IMG/VR virus record: IMGVR_UViG_3300045988_180880
Span: 160,001 to 224,000 of that record
Source of the DNA: a virus
Reading direction: 5' to 3' (one strand)
Length of the DNA stretch: 64,000 nt
Made by a program: the position numbers and the translations under genes. The notes beneath the pieces are model-generated. The model saw only the letters and a list, made by a program, of their open reading frames with translations, made no database searches and had not been told where the DNA came from. Below, in pieces: positions 55,901 through 61,828 of the stretch (position 1 is its first letter; every line of letters starts with the position of its first letter).

Positions 55901-58604
55901 AATCAATGCTGTTCAGTCTAATCTTGATAAGACCAATATTTCATTAGAGAATCATATTGCAGATAAGAAGAATCCTCATGAAGTAACGAAGGAACAAGTA
56001 GGTCTAGGTAATGTAGATAATACATCTGACTTAGATAAACCTGTTTCTCATTATCAACAGGATGCTCTTGATGAACTTGAAAGAAGACTTCAAGGTTCTA
56101 TTGATGGTTCTGGTTCTGATCTTAGTGCTCATATTTCAGATTTTAATAATCCGCATAAAGTAACTAAGGATCAGGTTGGACTTGGTAATGTAGATAATAC
56201 AGCTGACAAGGATAAACCTATTTCTGATGCTACACAGAAAGCTTTGGATAGTATTAAGACAGAAACTAATACTATTATCGAAACTCATATAGCAGATAAG
56301 AATAATCCTCATGAAGTAACTAAGGAACAGATTGGATTAGGTGAAGTAACAAATGATGCTCAAGTAAAACGTTCAGAGATGGGCGTAGCTGGGGGAGTTG
56401 CTACACTTGACCAAGAAGGCAAAGTTCCTAGTTCTCAATTACCTAGCTTTGTAGACGATGTTATTGAAGTAGATTCTTACGATAACTTGCCTACTACAGG
56501 TGAAGCTGGAAAGATTTACGTAACCAAAGACACTAACCTAACCTATAGATGGTCTGGTTCTCGATATATTGAAATTTCTGCTTCCTTAGCCCTCGGAGAA
56601 ACTAGCTCAACCGCATATCCAGGTGACAAGGGAAAAGAAACAACTGATAAGGTTAATACTCACGTAGCTGATCTTAATAATCCTCACCAAGTAACTAAAG
56701 AACAGGTTGGACTTGGAAATGTAGATAATACATCCGACCTTGATAAGCCTGTTTCTAATGCTACTCAAGAATTAGTAGACAACACTAAGAAAGAACTTGA
56801 GGATCTGATTACTTCTAATGAGGGAGGTCTAGATAATCATATTAAAGATTTCAACAATCCTCATAAGGTAACTAAAGATCAAGTAGGTCTAGGTAACGTT
56901 GATAATACTTCAGATAAAGATAAACCTTTGTCTGATGCAGCTAAAGAAGCTATCAACGAGGTTAAGACTCTAATTACTTCTTCTGGAACTGACTTAAGCA
57001 ATCATATTAAAGATTATACAAATCCTCATAGAGTAACTGCAGAACAAGTAGGTCTCGGAAATGTAAATAATACTTCCGACCTTGACAAACCTATTTCTAA
57101 TGCTACTCAGAAGGAACTTGATAAACTTGACGCTAAGATTGATAAGATTAATACAGATCAGGGAACAGATCTTAGTGCTCACTTGAGAGATTTCAGTAAT
57201 CCTCATAAAGTAACTAAAGAACAAATTGGACTCGGAAATGTAGATAATACTGCAGATCTCGATAAACCAATATCTACTGCTACACAAAAAGCAATTGATG
57301 ATGCCAAAGCAGCTAATAATACTGCTTTAGATAATCATGCTAATCGTACAGATAATCCTCATAAGGTAACTAAGGATCAAGTAGGTTTAGGTAACGTTGA
57401 TAATACAGCCGATATTAATAAACCTGTATCTGTAGCACAGCAGAATGCTCTTGATACTTTATCTAATAGTTTAAATACAGCTATTAATAATCACGTAGGT
57501 AATACTAATAATCCTCATCAAGTAACTAAAGAACAAGTAGGTCTCGGAAAAGTAGATAATACATCTGACTTAGAAAAGCCTATTTCAGTAGCAACTCAAA
57601 ACGCTATTTCTGAAGTTGTTTCTAATCTGGATAAACATATTGCAGATAAGAACAATCCTCATGAAGTAACAAAAGAGCAAATTGGACTTGGTAGAGTTGA
57701 TAATACATCAGACCTCGAGAAACCTATTTCAACAGCTACTCAGGTTGCTCTTGATAAGAAGGCTGAACTTGGACCTGATGGAAAAATACCTGAAAGTCAA
57801 TTACCTGAAAGAACAATGCATAGTTTGTTCTATAAGGGTACTTGGGATGCTGAAAGGAATTTACCAACACTAGCTAATGGAGATAAGGCACAAGATGGTG
57901 ATTACTATTTAGTTAATAATGATGGTGAGTCCTTTGGATATAAATTCATGGTAAATGATATTATATTCAATGCCAGTGGAATTTGGTATAGAATGATGGG
58001 CTCTAATAAGAGAGATAATCCTACTGAATTTAAGATTACTAAATTCACAGCAGATAGAACTTTATTAGAGAGAGGTGAATCAACAGAAATTACTCTTGAA
58101 TGGGAATATCAATTGACCCCAAGTGGACAAATTAATTTCCAATTCATAGATACTCATGATATTCCTGTTGAGGAACGTACTTATAAGATTACTGCCACTG
58201 GAGGACAAACATTCACATTGAGAGGTTCGTATCTAAGTGAAGTTGCAACAGCTACTTTAACGATTGATACAGCTGATAAGGTTTATGTAGGTGCATCAAG
58301 TAATTCTGCTCCTACTGACTCTGACTTTATAGCAATGAATTCTTTCTTCTCCTTCGGTGATAATGAATTCCCATTCACTCCTATTGATTGTTCAGGAGGT
58401 AAGTATATTTACGTAGCAATTCCAACAGAAGAGTATAGTAAGTATAGAATCTATTGTAATAATTATCCTGTTGATGATGTAACAGTATACTCTAGACGTA
58501 TAACTAACATCTTTACTGGATATACTGATTATACAATTACTAAACTTGCTAATCTCTATCATGGAATACTAAATATTGAAGTTAAATTAATTGATAAAAG
58601 ATAA
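49953..58604 (+). CDS. giant tail fibre protein (2883 aa) with a phage tail-fibre repeat array
   Basis: About 22 hand-counted units of NPH.VTK.Q(V/I)GLGNVDNT.D.DKP.S.A.Q. It also has coiled-coil repeats and recurring GKIYVTKDTNL.YRW modules. The N-terminus is paralogous to 59602..61761. Confidence 0.9.
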   Translation: MALNFADRLVSNNPSAYGIVRAIEVSGHKTVSSLSALYKIPDCILSDTGDNSGNDSLGQLWYVIDAREVYQLVNWEKRNEAGGWKPYLSGVITDEALEEILKTKQDKLIAGEGISISEDNVISCTIDTSLFRMVDELPSLEEAETNKIYLLRKENNIGELQSYTEYIVTIKVDEEGKEIKEWEKIGEYDLSIELAPYLKIEDAEKTYVKKENIVDSFEGGDPKEQVLSAEKGKELKGLIDSLEERKVDSVTATPGKGIIVEGTHNDPTIGVLRDPESEGFFTIEETGLKLSGVQDAIDEAVGELTDRVELESDVVYNINEIFPGEGKGENGDQWHIQYAAAKLDAFLPAEKKVPGIKVKFINLDGNWRTFTFNGGYFLDGRNWSYDITSNDFTELATENLPTATPESNGVMSKEDKAKLDGISETINKDVDDKIAEVKETIDNYTVNGYKISTNPSLDRNDIGLGNVTNDAQIKRSEMGVPKGVATLGEDGKVPESQLPDSVLGNVKYQGVWDAVNNVPKLELNDFDSNGHYYIAINKGSQFGYDFDPGDWVINSNGRWVKIDNVDSVKSVNGQIGIVELGIEDIPNLKETLDSKATNDDFNRHLTDYKNPHKVTKDQVGLGNVDNTADKDKPVSDATQALIDQTRTVLENKISELQTNTEADLEVFRSEFENKLAELAAKEEADIVAVNNSLKEAKTELQNNIDNLASKTENDLTVAKKELDNKISELSTKTESDLSTLRADLESSISVTKTELEKSISELASKTENDLNTAKSELEKAISDLTAKEEADIVAVNNALSEAKKELENSISSLASKTENDLSLATKDLNNKISELATKTESDLSTLRADLESSISVTKTDLESKITELATKTDAKFQATDSKIEATKTELQTNIDNLSHRHDDDMKDIRREIEEATAGSNEALNTHIQDKSNPHQVTKEQVGLGNVTDDAQVKRSEMGMPEGVATLDATGKVPSSQLPSFVDDVIEVDSFDLLPETGETGKIYVTKDTNLTYRWSGSQYVEISESLALGETSSTAYPGDKGKATTDKVNAHTSDYNNPHKVDKAQVGLGNVDNTADLDKPVSNATQELVDNTKKELEEKINNSGNDLQDNIDKIDERVTNIEDSIAQPGGLATLDDAGKVPLEQLPSLVDDVIEVDSFEHLPEAGEVGKIYVTKDTNLLYRWTGVKYVEVSESLHLGETADTAYAGDKGKETTDKVNSHISDFNNPHKVTAEQVGLGNVDNTSDINKPVSTAQQEALDAVKTELEEKINNSGSDLQGNIDKIDERVTNIENSVGAPDGIATLDSEGKLEVSQIPNEALNVIEGKYMTETQFTDSEGVEFIPRHNTIYIDSIGGSNKLYRWDGFKYVEVSDSDNVTEAIDNHIKDFNNPHKVTAEQIGLGNVDNTADIDKPISTAVQEALDTVNTKVTEHTENKENPHGVTAEQIGLGNVDNTADYDKPVSKATQDEIDRIDGRIDTIDNSIGVPSGIATLDGNGKLTDSQIPDKTINVLVGKLMSETEFKDEEGNTYEPRTGVIYIDTVSGTEKIYRWNKYEYVEISNTELLEGALNSHVQDKNNPHQVTKEQIGLSEVTNDAQVKRSEMGTPEGVATLNENGKIPVEQLPGQVDEVFGIDRFVSTKTDIPSSRLVIGSTYYVEDEKKIYTAISETELDEGATPDKGVIYSNRETNIIYRWDGAELVEIGNPIHLGEVAGTAYPGDKGKATTDKVNAHVADFENPHQVTKEQIGLGNVDNTSDADKPISSAVQEALDAVNKEVSEHKADKNNPHEVTKAQVGLGNVDNTADLDKPVSNATQELVDNTKKELDTKIDNHTSDFNNPHKVTKEQVGLGNVDNTADINKPVSVAQQALVDSTKAELKKDIGDIEKDVTNHIADKNNPHEVNKLQVGLGNVDNTSDINKPVSIAQQAALDKLKSDLESIIGSTGTDLSAHLKDFDNPHKVTKDQVGLGKVDNTADLEKPVSVATQEAINAVQSNLDKTNISLENHIADKKNPHEVTKEQVGLGNVDNTSDLDKPVSHYQQDALDELERRLQGSIDGSGSDLSAHISDFNNPHKVTKDQVGLGNVDNTADKDKPISDATQKALDSIKTETNTIIETHIADKNNPHEVTKEQIGLGEVTNDAQVKRSEMGVAGGVATLDQEGKVPSSQLPSFVDDVIEVDSYDNLPTTGEAGKIYVTKDTNLTYRWSGSRYIEISASLALGETSSTAYPGDKGKETTDKVNTHVADLNNPHQVTKEQVGLGNVDNTSDLDKPVSNATQELVDNTKKELEDLITSNEGGLDNHIKDFNNPHKVTKDQVGLGNVDNTSDKDKPLSDAAKEAINEVKTLITSSGTDLSNHIKDYTNPHRVTAEQVGLGNVNNTSDLDKPISNATQKELDKLDAKIDKINTDQGTDLSAHLRDFSNPHKVTKEQIGLGNVDNTADLDKPISTATQKAIDDAKAANNTALDNHANRTDNPHKVTKDQVGLGNVDNTADINKPVSVAQQNALDTLSNSLNTAINNHVGNTNNPHQVTKEQVGLGKVDNTSDLEKPISVATQNAISEVVSNLDKHIADKNNPHEVTKEQIGLGRVDNTSDLEKPISTATQVALDKKAELGPDGKIPESQLPERTMHSLFYKGTWDAERNLPTLANGDKAQDGDYYLVNNDGESFGYKFMVNDIIFNASGIWYRMMGSNKRDNPTEFKITKFTADRTLLERGESTEITLEWEYQLTPSGQINFQFIDTHDIPVEERTYKITATGGQTFTLRGSYLSEVATATLTIDTADKVYVGASSNSAPTDSDFIAMNSFFSFGDNEFPFTPIDCSGGKYIYVAIPTEEYSKYRIYCNNYPVDDVTVYSRRITNIFTGYTDYTITKLANLYHGILNIEVKLIDKR
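51780..57743 (+). repeat. coding repeat array (NPH..GLGNVDNT..DKP units) inside the giant fibre gene
   Basis: The units were read directly from the translation. Spacing is variable and diverged at the DNA level. Confidence 0.8.
51990..52540 (+). repeat. tandem duplication of about 318 nt (106 aa) in the coiled-coil region of the giant fibre
   Basis: AKEEADIVAVNN..ASKTENDL..NKISEL.TKTESDLSTLRADLESSISVTKT occurs twice, with copies starting at 51990 and 52308. Confidence 0.75.
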
Positions 58605-59584
58605 TGCCAGAAAATAATTTAAAAGGAACGGTACTCTATTCGGGTATCGTTCCCACCAATACTTCTGACGTATATCCAACACATTCAGCCATTTATGGTA
58701 TGGGAGGCTTCCGTTCAGTTAAAACAATAGCTGAGCGGGATGCTATTCCTGTAGAGCGACTAGAAGTAGGAGCTAAAGTATTGGTATCTGAACAAGAAAC
58801 TGGATATTACGTTGAATCAATAGTAGATGGAAAAGTAAATTGGCAACTTGATACTTATTTATTTGCTGATAAACTCTTAGCATCTCCAGTTATCTCTGGT
58901 ACTTGGAGTTTTAAAAATAATGCTGGTACAGAGGTTACAAATACAGAAGTTGGTGTTAGTAACGTAAATGCTAGTTCTATTACTATCGAACGAGGATATA
59001 AAGCAAAATTTGTTGGAAGTTTTAAATGGACTAAGACAACTACAAATAAAGCCCCTACTTCATGTAGTGGTGACTTAGGGACAACTTTACCTTCTAGTGA
59101 TGTTGCTTCTCCAACAACTACTATTGATAATATTGCTGCTTCCAGAGTAATTAAAGAAACCTTAAGTGCACCTAAAAAAGGATTCATGGTTTCTGGTAGT
59201 TCTGTAGTTGTTGCATCTGGAAATGATACGACATCTGCACAATTTAGTATCAATGTATGGTCTAGACAGAGATATGGTGTAACTACTTCAGCTACTCCTA
59301 CACAAGATGATATTAAAGCTATGACTGGAACAAAATTAGTCAATGCTAGAACTTTATCAGTTTCTGGAGTTACTGCTGATGGAACTCAATATTACAGTTA
59401 TGCTTACCCAAAAGACTTAGGAGCTCTTACATCAATTGTTCAGAATGGAGCAGCACCTGTTTTGGAAGACTTTAATAGAACTGAAGTGACTGTAACAAAT
59501 GGTGCAGGTGTAAATATCGTTTATTATGTATACACCTCTAAATATAAAGGTGCATTTCAAAATGTTAAACTAGATTTTAAATAA
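58604..59584 (+). CDS. fibre-associated protein (cassette 2 upstream gene), paralog of 48472..49944
   Basis: 326 aa. The start overlaps the giant fibre stop by 1 nt (TAATG). See the paralogy evidence above. Confidence 0.75.
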   Translation: MPENNLKGTVLYSGIVPTNTSDVYPTHSAIYGMGGFRSVKTIAERDAIPVERLEVGAKVLVSEQETGYYVESIVDGKVNWQLDTYLFADKLLASPVISGTWSFKNNAGTEVTNTEVGVSNVNASSITIERGYKAKFVGSFKWTKTTTNKAPTSCSGDLGTTLPSSDVASPTTTIDNIAASRVIKETLSAPKKGFMVSGSSVVVASGNDTTSAQFSINVWSRQRYGVTTSATPTQDDIKAMTGTKLVNARTLSVSGVTADGTQYYSYAYPKDLGALTSIVQNGAAPVLEDFNRTEVTVTNGAGVNIVYYVYTSKYKGAFQNVKLDFK

Positions 59585-59601
59585 TTAAAGATTAGAATAC
59601 A

Positions 59602-61761
59602 ATGGCTCGTTACCCGGCGCAGTTACAATCTGCGAATCTTAATGAATTTGGTATTGTCTATGCCGACGAAATACAAGGCCATAAAACAGTTGCTACTCTG
59701 AATGCACTTTATGCTATCACAGATCCTATTCTTAGTAAATCCGTAGTAAATACTAATAATGATGCTATCGGACAAGAGTGGTTTGTTGTATCAGAGGATT
59801 GTTATTACAGATTAGACAACTGGGCCAATAGACATGCAGCTTCTGGATGGACTAAACTTCAAGTAGTAGATACAGAGTTTAATAGTCTTTCTACACATGG
59901 AGCTGATAAGATAAAAAATTTCACAACATCACCATCGACAGTAACTCTCAACTATAATACGTGGAGATCATCTACTGTAAATGCTGATGGAACCGCTGTA
60001 ATAAACGCTGCTACACAATCTGCAGCGGGTGTTCTAAGCGCAGCGGATAAAACTAAATTAGATGGATTAAATACAGATTCTATTAATGATATATCTGTAA
60101 CATCTAATGCTAATAAAGCTACTATTACATTTGTATCTGATAATGGTAATAAGGAAGATATAAGTACTACTATAGATTTTCCTATATCTACTACTACCGC
60201 AGCAGGTACAATGAGCGCCAAAGATAAAACAGAATTAGATAGAATTAATACTGCTAACTTTGCTCTTGGCGCTGTAACTCCTGCTGCGTCTACTGTAGGA
60301 ATAGCTGCTTCTAAAACAAATGTAACTGATGGTACTACCGCTGCGAATAATATTACGCTGCCTGCTGCTACACAATCTGCAGCGGGTGTTCTAAGCGCAG
60401 CGGATAAAACTAAAGTTGACCGAATCACAGGTACTAATCATGTTATCTCTCAGCCTACTACAACAGCTACCTCAAGAGTAATTACTATAACGGGTATAAA
60501 TCCTACAGATAATAAAGCAGTTTCTAGTTCTATCACTCTTCCAGAAGTATCAGAAACTCAGGCAGGTCTCGCAAGTGCATCTGATAAGAAAACTCTCAAT
60601 GCTATTAAAACTCTTGGGAATTCTTCTCACTTGAAAGATGAAGGTTGCTGGACTAGAACAGCTTCTAATGTAGCTATAAACTTCACTTGTACTAATGTTA
60701 GTGGTAATTCTACAGATACTAACGCAAAAAATGAACATTCAGTTAATATTGGAGCTGCATCATCTACTCTTGCAGGGGTAATGACTTCAACCGATAAGAC
60801 AGAACTTGATAGAATAACCACAGCGAATTTTGCTTTAGGTGCAGTTACGCCAGCAGCTTCAAGTGTAGCTATCGCAGCAACAAAAACAACTATTTCTACA
60901 GGAGTTAGTGCAGCAAACAATATAACTCTTCCCGCTGCAACTGCTAGTGTAGCTGGTGTTATGACTGCTGCAGATAAAGTAAAGCTTGATACTACTCTTC
61001 CTAACTTAATTAACTCTAATAAAACAACTATTGATAATTATACTGTAAATGGAATTAAAATTTCTACTAATCCCGTTGTAACAGGAGCAAATACTAAAGT
61101 AACTGGGTATTCAAAACCAACTACGACTGGAGCTATTGCAGCAACTGATAGTATCAATGGAGCTCTTGGAAAATTAGAGAAAAAGTTAGATGATGAAGTA
61201 ACTAATAGAACTAATGCTGTTTCAAATCTAACTAATACAGTAAATAATAATAAGACTACAATAGATAACTATACTGTTGGAGGAATAAAAATTTCTGCTA
61301 ATCCTAAAGTGGCAAATGGAACAAATACTACAGTATCTACTGCTAATAGTACGATTACTTGGTCTCTAAACTCTACTATATCACTTACTAGAGTTAATGC
61401 TTCTAGTGGATTCTATCAGACTTCAGATAAACGTTTGAAATCAGATATTAAACCTTTGGAACATACACTTGAGGAGATTTGTTCTATTCCGACAGATTCA
61501 TTTATTTTAGGTGGGAAAAAAGACCTTGGAACTATAGCACAAGAACTTGAACCAACTTTCCCTGAACTAGTAACAGACGCCGAACTTAAACAATCCGATG
61601 TACCTAACCCTGAAAACTTTGAAACCATTGAGAAAGATGGTGAAACTTATGTTCTAGTTAAAGAAGTTGATTATGCTAAAATGAGTGTTCTAGCAATCGA
61701 AGGTATTAAATTACTTAAGGCCGAAATAGATGAACTTAAAAAGCAGTTATTAGATAAATAA
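59602..61761 (+). CDS. tail fibre protein with a C-terminal peptidase S74 intramolecular chaperone domain
   Basis: The N-terminus is paralogous to the giant fibre. It has AG.MS..DK.KLD motifs. The C-terminal SDKRLKSDIKPL....GTIAQELEPTFPELV...VDYAKMSVLAIEGIKLL is typical of the autocleaving chaperone. Confidence 0.85.
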   Translation: MARYPAQLQSANLNEFGIVYADEIQGHKTVATLNALYAITDPILSKSVVNTNNDAIGQEWFVVSEDCYYRLDNWANRHAASGWTKLQVVDTEFNSLSTHGADKIKNFTTSPSTVTLNYNTWRSSTVNADGTAVINAATQSAAGVLSAADKTKLDGLNTDSINDISVTSNANKATITFVSDNGNKEDISTTIDFPISTTTAAGTMSAKDKTELDRINTANFALGAVTPAASTVGIAASKTNVTDGTTAANNITLPAATQSAAGVLSAADKTKVDRITGTNHVISQPTTTATSRVITITGINPTDNKAVSSSITLPEVSETQAGLASASDKKTLNAIKTLGNSSHLKDEGCWTRTASNVAINFTCTNVSGNSTDTNAKNEHSVNIGAASSTLAGVMTSTDKTELDRITTANFALGAVTPAASSVAIAATKTTISTGVSAANNITLPAATASVAGVMTAADKVKLDTTLPNLINSNKTTIDNYTVNGIKISTNPVVTGANTKVTGYSKPTTTGAIAATDSINGALGKLEKKLDDEVTNRTNAVSNLTNTVNNNKTTIDNYTVGGIKISANPKVANGTNTTVSTANSTITWSLNSTISLTRVNASSGFYQTSDKRLKSDIKPLEHTLEEICSIPTDSFILGGKKDLGTIAQELEPTFPELVTDAELKQSDVPNPENFETIEKDGETYVLVKEVDYAKMSVLAIEGIKLLKAEIDELKKQLLDK
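60007..60057 (+). repeat. 51-nt repeat, identical by eye (second copy at 60364-60414), within the fibre gene
   Basis: GCTGCTACACAATCTGCAGCGGGTGTTCTAAGCGCAGCGGATAAAACTAAA appears twice. It is part of a duplication of about 119 aa (ATQSAAGVLSAADKTK). Confidence 0.75.
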
Positions 61762-61767
61762 AATAAA

Positions 61768-61808
61768 GGGAGGTTGATCAAGAGTAAAAACTTGATTGCC
61801 TCCTTTTA
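61768..61808 (+). terminator. terminator hairpin
   Basis: GGGAGGTTGATCAAG / CTTGATTGCCTCC imperfect stem followed by TTTT. Confidence 0.55.
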
Positions 61809-61828
61809 AATTTAAAAGTAGGAATGAA

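Noticed and set aside
51780-57743. CRISPR array or diversity-generating retroelement as the explanation for the regular repeats
   Set aside because: The repeats are in-frame protein repeats within one ORF and are diverged at the DNA level with variable spacing. No reverse transcriptase, template repeat or cas genes are visible in the window.
58855-60920. Minus-strand ORFs 58855..59343, 59952..60428, 60550..60738 and 60627..60920
   Set aside because: All lie antisense within well-supported fibre-cassette genes. These genes are rich in A/T/S/G/V codons, whose complements are also stop-poor.
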